Positions 31,993-41,713 of a stretch of 64,000 nt of DNA are shown one piece after another. Under the pieces are notes generated by a model. That model did no database searches, was not told the DNA's origin, and was given only the letters and a program-made list of their open reading frames with translations. The translations under genes and the position numbers were made by a program. The first letter of the stretch is position 1. Each line of letters begins with the position of its first letter. The DNA comes from Candidatus Binatia bacterium (GTDB lineage: Bacteria; Desulfobacterota; Binatia; UBA9968; CAXXLF01), in contig CAXXLF010000002.1 of the NCBI GenBank assembly GCA_963664015.2, positions 2,183,816 to 2,247,815 of the forward strand, in the 5' to 3' direction.

Positions 31993-33052
31993 ATGACTAA
32001 TCCCAAAGGACTCACCATTGGACGAGTGACCGTGCAGGCCGGTGAGACCGTGGACGTTCACCTGGAGGTTAGCGAACGTTATACGGGCGAACCCGTCAGC
32101 TTGCCGATCCGGGTTGTCCGGGGAGCGCGTCCTGGACCTAGAGGTTTCGTTACTGCCGGAATCCATGGTGATGAACTGAATGGTGTCGGGGTGCTTCACG
32201 AGCTGGCCTTCGGCCCGCCGTTGGTGCTGAGCAGAAGAACGCTAATCCTGGTTCTCGTCGTGAATATATTTGGCTTTGAAACCCAGGTTCGCAATATGCC
32301 CGACCGACGTGACCTGAACCGATGCTTCCCGGGCTCAAAAGACGGTAGTCTGAGCAGTCGAATTGCTCACGTGATCTTCAAAGAAATCGTTACTAAGAGC
32401 GATTATGGAATCGATCTGCACTCGGCGGCAGCACCACGTATAAACTTTCCAAACGTACGGGGAGACTTGAGTGTGCCGGCCATCCAGCGCTTGGCAGCGG
32501 CCTTTGGCTACGAGTTGATTATCAACAGTCAAGGGCCACCGGTTCCCTGCGACGGGAGGCTACGAAACAGGGTTGCCCAACGATTTTATTGGAAGCCGGA
32601 GAGACCTGTAAGATCGAACCGGCGGTTCTCGAAATCGGCGTCCGGGGAGTGCAGAATATACTCAAGATGCTCAAGATGCTGCCCGGTCGGCCCGTGGGTC
32701 CAGTTCACCCGACACAAGTGGAGAAGTCCCTTTGGGTGCGTGCCCAGGTCGGCGGAATCCTCCGATACCACGTTTCTCCAGGCCAATTGATCCAAGAGAG
32801 CAACCCATAGCGACGAACGTTAGCGTCTTTGGAAAAGAGCAGAATGCGCTTATCTCGCCCATTGACGGCATTGTCCTGGGAATGACAACGCTACCCACGG
32901 TTAAACCCGGAGAGCCGGTTGGTCATATTGGTATCCCCAAAACCTCTGGTAGGGCGCGAAGTGACAGAATACATCACCGTGCGCGGAAAGACCTGGCGAC
33001 GAGTATTTCCATCTCAGAACGTGAGGTCAATGAGGGAGGCGAAGACGGGTGA
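31993..33052 (+). pseudogene. Succinylglutamate desuccinylase/aspartoacylase (M14 AstE-like), two frameshifts
   Basis: TAGIHGDELNG, RRDLNRCFPG, GIDLHS, EAGE, ISPIDGIVLG..LPTVKPGE split over three frames. Confidence 0.87.
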
Positions 33053-33161
33053 GGGTGTTTGAGTTGAAGGCTTGCCCAGTGAACCTGGGGGAAGCTTCGG
33101 ATCTATCGGCCTAGTGTCGATCAAGTCCTCTCTCGCCCGCGTTAGGCGCCACCCATGAGTC

Positions 33162-34763
33162 CTATATGCCCTCCAGGGGCCGCCACCGAATGCGGGTGCC
33201 CACCATCAATCGACTGACTTCCTCGGGGCCATCACTGAAAGGATAGTAGTTGGGAAACTTGGGAGCCGGGAGATTGGCCCAACCTTCGAGTATGGAGGTT
33301 ATAAAACGCCAACTGTAATCCACCTCATCGGAGCGAGTAAAGAGCGATGGGTCCCCGCGCAGCGCATCGAGGAGCAAACGTTCATAGGCCTCGGGTGAGC
33401 GCTGGCGAAAAGCCTCCTCGTAAAAGAAATCCATATTGACCTCAACTAGCTGGATTTTCATACCCGGCTGCTTGCATGCAAAGGAGAGGCTGATTCCTTC
33501 GTCGGGCTGGATGCGCAAGACCAAGACGTTTGATTTGTCTGGCGGTGGGGTGCTCCCGTGGTTGACTCCCTGTTCCTGAAAAAGGAGCAACGGGGGATGC
33601 TTGAACTCGACGGCGATCTCAGATACCCGCTTGCGCAACCTCTTCCCCGTACGCAGGAAGAAGGGAACTCCGGCCCAGCGCCAATTGTCGATCCCAAGGC
33701 GTAGAGCAGCAAAGGTGTCGGTGATGGATTTGGAATCGACGCCCTCCTCCTGTCGGTATCCTTTGACAACCTGGCCATCGCTTTCGCCGACACCGTATTG
33801 GCCTCGTACCGTCTGAGCGGCGACTTCTTTACGAGTCAAAGGGACCAGGGCCCGCAGGACCTTGACCTTTTCATCTCGGATGGACTGGGGATCCAGAGCA
33901 GGAGGGGGTTCCATAGCGATAAGACATAACAGCTGCAACATATGGTTTTGAACGATGTCCCGCAGCGCTCCTGCGGTATCGTAAAAGGCGCCGCGCCGAC
34001 CTTCCATTCCCAAACTTTCGGCCACGGTGATCTGGATATTGTCCACATACTTCTGATTAAAAAGGGGTTCAAATATCGAGTTGCCAAACCGAAAGCTCAA
34101 AATATTCTGAACCGTTTCTTTCCCCAGATAGTGGTCGATCCGATAGATTTGATCTTCGGCCAGAATCTCTGTCACATCTGAACTCAACTGCCGAGCGCTT
34201 TCCAGATCTCGGCCGAACGGTTTTTCGATAATGACCCGCGACCAGGTTGGATCGCTCCGGCCGCAGATGAGCCCAGCGGCGCAGAGATTCTTGACGATGG
34301 GCGAAAAAAATTCAGGTGCGACGGAAAGGTAGAATAGACGATTACCCGTCAGGTGAAGCTCCTTCTCGATTTCTTCCATCCGCTCTTTGAGTTTCTTAAA
34401 AGAGTCTACCTTGTCATTGTGGCCCGGATGGTAGTGGAGCGCTTTGATCAGAGGGCTGTCGACGTGCAAGCCTTGAGCCCCGTCTTTGAGCTGTTCTCTG
34501 AGTGTTGCCTGCATGGACTTGCGATAGGCATCGTCGGTCATCTCGGTCCGAGAAAATCCAACGACCGCATAGGACTCTGGGAGGTACCCTGTTTTCTGAA
34601 GATGGAATAGGGCCGGAATTAACTTGCGTTTGCTCAAGTCTCCGGAGGCGCCAAAAATAACCAGGGTAAAAGGCTCTTTAATGCCAAGGAGCTTTTCACT
34701 GGGCTCCAACTGCTTTTCGTCGCTGATGTGAACGGCAGCCCTGACTCCTGTGGGGTCATCCAT
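33162..34763 (-). CDS. zwf: Glucose-6-phosphate dehydrogenase
   Basis: IFGASGDL, EKPFG, RIDHYLGKETVQN, RDIVQNH, WAGVPFFLRTGKR, RIQPDEG, AYERLL. Confidence 0.97.
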   Translation of the reverse strand: MDDPTGVRAAVHISDEKQLEPSEKLLGIKEPFTLVIFGASGDLSKRKLIPALFHLQKTGYLPESYAVVGFSRTEMTDDAYRKSMQATLREQLKDGAQGLHVDSPLIKALHYHPGHNDKVDSFKKLKERMEEIEKELHLTGNRLFYLSVAPEFFSPIVKNLCAAGLICGRSDPTWSRVIIEKPFGRDLESARQLSSDVTEILAEDQIYRIDHYLGKETVQNILSFRFGNSIFEPLFNQKYVDNIQITVAESLGMEGRRGAFYDTAGALRDIVQNHMLQLLCLIAMEPPPALDPQSIRDEKVKVLRALVPLTRKEVAAQTVRGQYGVGESDGQVVKGYRQEEGVDSKSITDTFAALRLGIDNWRWAGVPFFLRTGKRLRKRVSEIAVEFKHPPLLLFQEQGVNHGSTPPPDKSNVLVLRIQPDEGISLSFACKQPGMKIQLVEVNMDFFYEEAFRQRSPEAYERLLLDALRGDPSLFTRSDEVDYSWRFITSILEGWANLPAPKFPNYYPFSDGPEEVSRLMVGTRIRWRPLEGI

Positions 34764-35014
34764 TGGGAACAGTCCTCCTCAGATCCAGAGCCGTGATGAA
34801 CTCTAATGCCATATGGGGGAATTCGGCTCGTTATCGAATATGATACAAGGTCTTCGCCGGGGTGTCGAGGGATCACCGTTGTGTACCCTTGAGAGTCTAG
34901 TGCTTTTCCGTCCAATGGCTGGACCTGTGTTGACAGCGCGAGGAGCAGATGGGTATTCTCAGATTCCAAGTCTGCGTTTGGGTGTCGGGAAAGAATCTCG
35001 CAAGGAGCGTTGAT

Positions 35015-35437
35015 ATGGGAATTCAGGAAGCCGTACTTGGCCATCTGGTATTGAATGTCCGAAACCTTGAGCGGTCAGAGGACTTTTACCGGGATTTTCT
35101 AGGCATGTCGGTCTCGAGCCGGAACCCTAGAGTGAGGATGTCATTCCTGTCCTTTGGACACGAGCATCACGACTTAGCCCTATCGGAACTACCCAAAGGC
35201 GCTGAACGAATAGGGGGTGACGGGTACCCGGGCATGCACCATTTCTGCGTTTATGTCCGTACTCCGCAAGAGGTCGATGCCCTGGTCCCGCTCTTGAAGG
35301 AAGAAAATATTACCATTGTCAGTGGCCCCGAGATCCTTGAAGTGGCCCAAAATCGTTCCGTGAGTTTTCTGGATCCCGATGGCAACAGGGTCGAGGTCGC
35401 CTGCAATGAAAATAAATTCACCGGACCTGTGGGCTAA
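35015..35437 (+). CDS. VOC (glyoxalase/extradiol dioxygenase-like) family protein
   Basis: LGHLVLNVRNLERSEDFY, HHDLAL, MHHF, FLDPDGNRVE; AAGGAG RBS. Confidence 0.9.
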   Translation: MGIQEAVLGHLVLNVRNLERSEDFYRDFLGMSVSSRNPRVRMSFLSFGHEHHDLALSELPKGAERIGGDGYPGMHHFCVYVRTPQEVDALVPLLKEENITIVSGPEILEVAQNRSVSFLDPDGNRVEVACNENKFTGPVG

Positions 35438-35470
35438 GTCACCGGACCCATTTAAAGATACCTAAAGGGT

Positions 35471-36129
35471 GTGGAAATCGAGGAAATCGTGATTGATTTT
35501 GAAGGTCGGGAAATACCGGTCACACTACAGGAAGTAGTGGATCCAAGCCGAACAGTTTTACTGGTGTGGGATATACAGAACGATCAGGCGGGGAGCTCGT
35601 TTAACAAGGAGGAGTTCCTGCGGTCGACACCGCCCGTTATTCACGCCGCCAAGCGAGCTGGGGTTAAAGTGGTCTACGCACAGTCCACTCCTTATCCGTG
35701 GCGTGACGAATCGCCGGCGATGATCAGACGGGCAATGGCCCAGCAGAAGGTGGATCACCCCAGTAAGCTCAAGCCCAGGCGTACCCATGGCAGTTTCGGT
35801 TCGCAGTTGATTGAACCCTTCAAACCGGCACCTGAGGATACGGTCTTGGAGAAACGCCGAGCCACCGTGTTCCTGGGGACAGAGTTTGAGTCCCTTTTGG
35901 TTCACAGGCGCAGGTAACCACCGTGGTGATGGTCGGGTGTACGACCGATGGAGGGGTGGGGGGAACCGTGAGAGACGGCTATTACCGGGGTTATTTTATG
36001 GTCGTGGTCCGGGATTGTGTCGGGACAAGGACGGAAGAAGGGCACCTGGGAGCGCTTGAGAGAATGGAGCGTTGGGCGGATCTCATTGAGTCTGAGGGTC
36101 TGATCGGGATCTGGAAGAAACCCCTTTAG
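35471..36129 (+). pseudogene. Isochorismatase-like cysteine hydrolase, frameshift at ~35910
   Basis: TVLLVWDIQND, LEKRRATVFLGT, then VGCTTDGGV..TVRD..YRGY..VVRDCV in next frame. Confidence 0.85.
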
Positions 36130-36140
36130 GAGTCCGCGGC

Positions 36141-36698
36141 ATGGAATTACTATCAACCACTCATCTCAAACAATGGGTCGCGGAAAACGCGTCACTGTTC
36201 AATCCGCCGTACAAAACCAATCGTGTCCTGGTCCACCACAAGGACTTCATTGTCATGATTCTCCGTGGCCCCAATACCCGGTTGGATTTTCACGTGGAGC
36301 CCGGAGAGGAGTTTTTTTATCAGATCGAGGGGAATATTGAACTCCACGTCAAACCACCGGATCAGCGACGCCAGGTGGTCAAGATTCGTCAGGGAGAGAT
36401 CTTTGTGTGTCCCGGCGGCTTGCCCCATTCCCCGCGACGTGGTGTGGGTACGTGGGGATTGGTGGTAGAGCGTAAGCGACGGACGGAAGAGTATGAGGAG
36501 TTTGTCTGGTACTGTGAGGAATGTGACGAGAAGGTGAATTCCCAAACCGTGGTCCAGGGAGATATCGCGAGTCAGGTTAGCCGCATCTATGGGGCTTTCA
36601 ATGGGGACCCTACGCTACGCACCTGCAGTCACTGTCACTTCAGATTTCCCGAGTCCCCCATGGCCGAGCGGCTTGGATTCCTGGAATCCAAGGATTGA
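36141..36698 (+). CDS. nbaC: 3-hydroxyanthranilate 3,4-dioxygenase family protein
   Basis: GPNTRLDFH..GEEFFYQ, PHSPRR, GLVVERKR, rubredoxin-like WYCEEC...CSHC. Confidence 0.88.
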   Translation: MELLSTTHLKQWVAENASLFNPPYKTNRVLVHHKDFIVMILRGPNTRLDFHVEPGEEFFYQIEGNIELHVKPPDQRRQVVKIRQGEIFVCPGGLPHSPRRGVGTWGLVVERKRRTEEYEEFVWYCEECDEKVNSQTVVQGDIASQVSRIYGAFNGDPTLRTCSHCHFRFPESPMAERLGFLESKD

Positions 36699-36907
36699 AA
36701 CCACACGCGGTTCACTGAGTCTTGGCGGGTTGGTTTTGGGGTGAAGCCTTCACGAGCTTACGCCCTTGGTATGTATCATTTCTTCGGCGGAATCCACCGA
36801 AGCGGACGCTTCGGCTGCGAAGGCGGATGAAAGGGTTCCAGGCAACGAGTAAAACCGATCTCTCTTTTTTTAGAAACTGGGTAGTGGCGGTCAACGGTAT
36901 AGAGATT

Positions 36908-37225
36908 ATGAAGTTTTCAAGCTTGGGTTCATTACTCCGCATGGGGCCCCAGAGGATCCTGCTATTCTTTTATCATCTGCCAAATTTCCTTCGCGTTTTC
37001 TGGCGCTTGCTCAAAGACTGGCGTGTCGGATTGTTACCTAAAGGCCTTTTGATTTTGGTTCTCGCGTACACGGTCATACCGTTGGACCTTCTGCCCGATT
37101 TTGTCCCAGCCTTGGGGCAGATTGATGACTTGCTAGTGATTTTTCTCGGGATGAAGGGATTCGTTCGGCTCTGTCCACCCGATGTTGTTCGGGAACATGT
37201 TCAGGCCATTGGGGCAGGACGTTAA
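36908..37225 (+). CDS. YkvA/DUF1232 membrane protein
   Basis: Y..IPLDLLPDFVPALGQIDD motif. Confidence 0.88.
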   Translation: MKFSSLGSLLRMGPQRILLFFYHLPNFLRVFWRLLKDWRVGLLPKGLLILVLAYTVIPLDLLPDFVPALGQIDDLLVIFLGMKGFVRLCPPDVVREHVQAIGAGR

Positions 37226-37358
37226 ACCGGCGATTCGCCCAATTTTTCTCCGGCCTATTTTACCTTTATCACCCTCTCAGGATTGGAACGTTGTCTTACC
37301 CATAATAGTTCTAGGAAGCTCGTTTGTATGAAATTCCAACCCATTATAGGCTAAAAAG

Positions 37359-37504
37359 TGACAAAAGGTGTCATCACTGGACAAATATGGACATGAAAAG
37401 TCCCCACCAATGCTGAGCTTTTACCGGGCTTGGGCCTAATCCGCATGCAATCCCACTGTTTTTAGTTCTTCGATTCCCTGCCCGTATCGGGTATAGATCT
37501 TGCG
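37359..37504 (+). promoter_or_regulatory. Candidate enhancer palindrome (TGACA-N5-TGTCA, 37359-37373) plus sigma54 -24/-12 element (37489-37504)
   Basis: Perfect palindrome ~120 bp upstream of GGTATAGATCTTGC (GG-N10-GC). Confidence 0.5.
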
Positions 37505-37629
37505 TTATCGGGCATAGCTCGTAGCTGTTTAGATGCAATCAGCCAGGTTGAAAAGGTTGAATCGTAGCCATGAAGATTGAGCTACTCAGCGATGCGGGCG
37601 GAGATAATGATCCGGTAAACAGGAGGCGA

Positions 37630-38049
37630 ATGAAGATGAAGATGGCGCCATTAGCCCTATCCATGATTTTAGCGGTTGGTTTGGCAGCATACTCGCAGAT
37701 TCAGCCGATCCCGCGGGATCAGCTGGCACAGCATATCGATCCCATATTGAATATGGAGCGGCGCCTTGACCAGGTGATGTACTATACTAAAATGCTTGGC
37801 TCATTGGGCGGTTTGAGTCAAGGCAAGTTTTAGGAATTAAAGCAGCTCCTGGACGTTTACTACGTTTATGATCTGGCCTCTAACGTCCAGCTGGCGCGAG
37901 CAGACATGTCGGATTACCAGGCCCATGTGGCATTAGCCGAGGACGAATGGGAGGTAATGGAAAAGATTCTTAAGGACGGATTGGACAAAGATTTCGAACC
38001 CGATCCCAAGGCCACTTGGAATGGTGAGTTCTCACGTTCCAAGCTATAA
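37630..38049 (+). pseudogene. Hypothetical secreted helical protein interrupted by in-frame TAG (37831)
   Basis: AGGAGG RBS, signal peptide; frame continues ELKQLLDVYYVYDLASNVQLARAD...SKL* to 38049. Confidence 0.6.
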
Positions 38050-38098
38050 TAATCCCCTGCACAGCCCTGAGGCGTCGGTCCAATACCGGCAAGGCGTC

Positions 38099-40807
38099 TC
38101 AGGGCAGCTGCATCTTCTTCAATACTTCTTCGAGACGTTTCAGCTCTTCCCCGAATCCAGCAAAGTCCTGGTTGCGTAATAAATCCACCGAACGGTTGTA
38201 GTGATCGATGGCGCGGCGTGCCAGGCTCGTGGACTTGCCCTCGCCAGTACCGGGCGATCTTGGAGCTGTAGCCACTGCCCTTTTGATTTCCTCGAGTTCC
38301 TTCACTGTTCCCCCAAACAGCTTCTCCAGGGACTTTTCAAGGGTCTCCTCCATCGCAATTCGGTTGCCAAAGACTGTCGTGACACGCTTGAGTTCGGGGA
38401 GTGATCCCTTTTCAGCCGCAAGATAGAGTGGCTGCACGTAGAGCAATGATTTTTCGATGGGGATGGCCAGCAGGCTCCCGCGAATGACCTGCGAGCCGTG
38501 CTGCCCCCAAAGGCTCAGTTGCTGGGAGATATAGGCGTCCTGGTCGATACGGGCGTCGACTTGATTCGGTCCATAAACCAGCTTGGTCTTGGGGAAATTG
38601 AGTACCATCAATTTGCCGTAGTGGGGGGCGTCGCTTCGGGCGGCGAGCCAGGCACGCATGTTGTCCCGGTTATTTGGAGTGAATGGCAGGAGCAGAATGA
38701 ATTCCTCTTTCTCCTCTCCCGGTAGACGGGAGATAATGTAGTAGGGTTCCACTTCTCTCTCCTCGCTGCCGCTGCCCGTTGTAGGAATACTCAGCAGGTC
38801 CTCCTTATTGTAAAAAACCTGGGGGTCTTGCATGTGGTAGGTCGCGTACATCCGGGCCTGGATCCCGAATAAATCTTGAGGATAGCGAATGTGGGATTTC
38901 AGGTCTTCGGGCATCTTGTCCATGGGCTGTAGGGAGCCAGGAAAGGCCTTGGCGTAGACTCGAATCACCGGGTCGTTAGGATCGCTAATGAAAAAGTTAA
39001 CGGATCCATTGTATGCGTCAACGACGGTCTTCACCGAGTTGCGAATGTAGTTGCCCATTTCCGGTGCGGGTTCCGAATAGGGGTAGCGGTTCGACGTGGT
39101 ATAGCCATCGATGATCCAGAATAGCTTCCCCTGTTTATCGATCACCAGGTATGGGTCGCGGTCAAAGGTCAGAAAGGGCGCGATCTTTTTGACCCGATCC
39201 TGGATGCGGCGGTGGTAAAGGATACGGCTTTCAGAGGTAATATCATTGGACAGGGGCAGTTTTATAGTGGCGAACCGAACAGCGAACAGGAGTTTGCGCC
39301 AGAACGAACTAAGGGGAATCCCTCCGCTGCCATCATAGGTGGTGTAAATATTTTGATCCCCCGATGGATAATCGAGCTCTTGTGCCTTGGTCTTGACAAA
39401 AACATAGTCGTTGGCCAGCTCACCGTAATAAATTTCCGGTTGGCTTACCGTGATAGGACTGAAAAATTTAGGGGGGATATCCTTGATGAAAAATTCGGGG
39501 AGCCCCTCGGGGGTGACCTTATTGACCGGACCGAAAGCCACTCCGTAACCGTGGGTGTAGATCAGGTGCTCGTTAATCCAGATTCGGCTGGGGAGTTGCT
39601 GATGGGAGAGTTCCCGGGCCGATATCATCACTTGGCGGTAAGTTCCGTCAATCATGTAGCGGTCGTTGTCCACGCCGATAAATTCATAATAGGTGCGGAT
39701 CTGTTGAAGCTGGGCGAGAGTAGCCAGGAGCGGTCGATGTTCCCAAAGACGAATGTTCTTGATCGTGCCTTCGTTGCGTCGCAAATCAGCGGCGCTGATT
39801 TTTTCTTCCGCGGGAAACTCCTTGGCCTCGACTCGATCGAGGCCATAACCATTGCGCGTGAATTGGATGCTACGCTCAATATATGGAGTCTCCACAACAA
39901 GCTCGTTGGGGGTCACGCGAAACTGTTGGAGAAGATAAGGGTATGCAAATAGGCCGAGCCCATGAACTACCGCTAAAGTGCCGAGCCCACCCACGAGCAA
40001 TTTGATTCCCGGACGGAAGATTTGAAACAGACTAATACCGGCCGCAACAAGGGCGAGTAGTGACAAGAGCCTGAGCGCAGGCAGGTTGGCGTATATATCC
40101 GTGTAGCTTGCTCCAAAGGCCGCCCCTCTGGGCGAATAGAGCAGCTCGTATGTGTCCAACACGTAACCCCCGGCCTGAACCAGGAGGAGGGCAGCGATGA
40201 GTACCAAGAGATGGGTCCGAACATGGGGGAGGATGGATAGTCCGTTGGGGGAGTAGTGGATCCCGCGGTAGAGAAAGTTGAGGTAGGCGGTTGCCAGAGC
40301 AATAACGCCAAGAACCACTAAAAACCAGTTGTAAACGGATTTTAATGCGGGAAGTTGGAAGAGATAAAAGCCAATATCATTATTGAACAGAGGGTCTTGA
40401 AGTCCGAAGGGGAGCGCGTTCAATAAGAGAAGGGCTGACTTCCAGTGCATGGCGGCCTGAGGTGCGGCCAGGATTCCCAGCAATAACGTTGCCGGTAAGA
40501 GCAGGCTGCGAACCAGAGGGTTGATCACATGGGGACTGGGCAAGTCCAGGCCGCCTCCCTCGGTCTCCCGGATCCGGGCTTCGCTGGGCAACCGGGTGGC
40601 CAACCGAAGATTGAAGTAGGCGAGAACAAAGATGAGACCGCCAAAGATTGTGCCCAGAAGGGCTTTAAGGGTCAGTGTCGTGGCGAAAATCTGAACATAA
40701 CCGACTTCCCGGAACCACAGGAGATCCGTATATAACGTGATTGCACGGCCGAATAAATAAATGAAAACGACGATGACAAGTAAACCTATTCCAATGAATT
40801 TCGGCAT
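38099..40807 (-). CDS. UPF0182 family membrane protein
   Basis: TDLLWF..GY, DPLFNNDIGFYLFQLP, GASYTD, NIRLW, HLIYTHGYG, NYIRNSVK, IRYPQDLF, LLYVQPLY. Confidence 0.95.
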   Translation of the reverse strand: MPKFIGIGLLVIVVFIYLFGRAITLYTDLLWFREVGYVQIFATTLTLKALLGTIFGGLIFVLAYFNLRLATRLPSEARIRETEGGGLDLPSPHVINPLVRSLLLPATLLLGILAAPQAAMHWKSALLLLNALPFGLQDPLFNNDIGFYLFQLPALKSVYNWFLVVLGVIALATAYLNFLYRGIHYSPNGLSILPHVRTHLLVLIAALLLVQAGGYVLDTYELLYSPRGAAFGASYTDIYANLPALRLLSLLALVAAGISLFQIFRPGIKLLVGGLGTLAVVHGLGLFAYPYLLQQFRVTPNELVVETPYIERSIQFTRNGYGLDRVEAKEFPAEEKISAADLRRNEGTIKNIRLWEHRPLLATLAQLQQIRTYYEFIGVDNDRYMIDGTYRQVMISARELSHQQLPSRIWINEHLIYTHGYGVAFGPVNKVTPEGLPEFFIKDIPPKFFSPITVSQPEIYYGELANDYVFVKTKAQELDYPSGDQNIYTTYDGSGGIPLSSFWRKLLFAVRFATIKLPLSNDITSESRILYHRRIQDRVKKIAPFLTFDRDPYLVIDKQGKLFWIIDGYTTSNRYPYSEPAPEMGNYIRNSVKTVVDAYNGSVNFFISDPNDPVIRVYAKAFPGSLQPMDKMPEDLKSHIRYPQDLFGIQARMYATYHMQDPQVFYNKEDLLSIPTTGSGSEEREVEPYYIISRLPGEEKEEFILLLPFTPNNRDNMRAWLAARSDAPHYGKLMVLNFPKTKLVYGPNQVDARIDQDAYISQQLSLWGQHGSQVIRGSLLAIPIEKSLLYVQPLYLAAEKGSLPELKRVTTVFGNRIAMEETLEKSLEKLFGGTVKELEEIKRAVATAPRSPGTGEGKSTSLARRAIDHYNRSVDLLRNQDFAGFGEELKRLEEVLKKMQLP

Positions 40808-40945
40808 CTATCCCCCCTTCGGTTCTGCTGCTCAGGAATGTGTTCTAATCTATAGAACCGGTTGGAGTAAAGCAAATAGCTTCGGTGGTTGGAAGAATGA
40901 ATTTAGCTTCCGCTACGACTGGATGATATCTTACAGGGCGAATCG

Positions 40946-41713
40946 TCATCCCAGGGCGAACGTTTTAGCGTTGAGTTCTGTCCCGGGAGCTCTTTTGATA
41001 GGTTGGGGGGGGGGCGAGGGAAATAGGATTAAGTCGATTGTAGCATCGCTAATGCCTGCAGTCGCTCTTCCAAATCCGCTGGCGGATAAAAATCCTTTTC
41101 GGTAGAGCTGACGCAGGAAGTTCTCGTCAGTGCTCCCTTGTTTTTGGGACTCACAATCGGCGCAGGTCACCACCGGGCCGTTTTTAAGAGAGAGAATATC
41201 CGTGCCCGGTCCCGACTTCGAAGGTTTGAACGCCCCCTGGGGCACCTTCATCTGAGGCAGAAAAAGCACTGGCCATTTTCTTTGGCCAGCGATGAGTTCA
41301 TATTGCTCTGTTTGGTGGCCGCGGGTGGGGGGCTGCCGAATCGGTTTGGGCTTTTCTTTGGGTTCTTCCACAAAGGTCAGGGAATTTGTCTCGGGAATGG
41401 CCTCGAGTTCAACGGTTTCGGTGATCTCGATAATTTCTTGAGGACCATTTCGTGAACTTCCTGATGTGGGGACCATGCCATTGATTTCGGAGGGGAGAAA
41501 GGCTCGGATGAGGTGTCCCCTCCGGGATATTTCCTCGATCTGGATGCAGCCCTTGTCTTGTAGGATTCTTGAGCCTTCACGAATACTTCGCTCTTCAATG
41601 CCTAGAGCTGCACTCAGGGGCGGGAGGGAAAATAGCCCGCTGTCCTTGCCGGGGAATCGGCTGTGGAGGAGGACATGGTAATAGAGGCTTCGCTCTCGAT
41701 GGGATAGCTCCAT
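40946..41713 (-). pseudogene. HTH + degenerate HNH-nuclease-like protein with internal frameshifts
   Basis: N-terminal wHTH-like LSAALGIEERSIREG..LQDKGCI; LAKENGQCFFCLR in an alternative frame; C-terminal VVTCADCESQK..FLRQLYRKG. Confidence 0.55.

Noticed and set aside
19431-37833. Repeated in-frame TAG codons (glgE 19431, lapA-like ~25080, rimK 31854, secreted protein 37831) as possible stop-codon recoding or pyrrolysine
   Set aside because: They replace different expected residues (Trp in glgE, probably acidic/polar elsewhere), in-frame TAA and TGA stops also occur (62901, 52954), and intact genes such as pgm, zwf and the SLC12 gene end normally at TAG
39212-39952. Long antisense ORFs (this one, 15198..15815, 48180..48953, 58534..59175)
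   Set aside because: Shadow frames opposite well-supported genes, expected from codon bias
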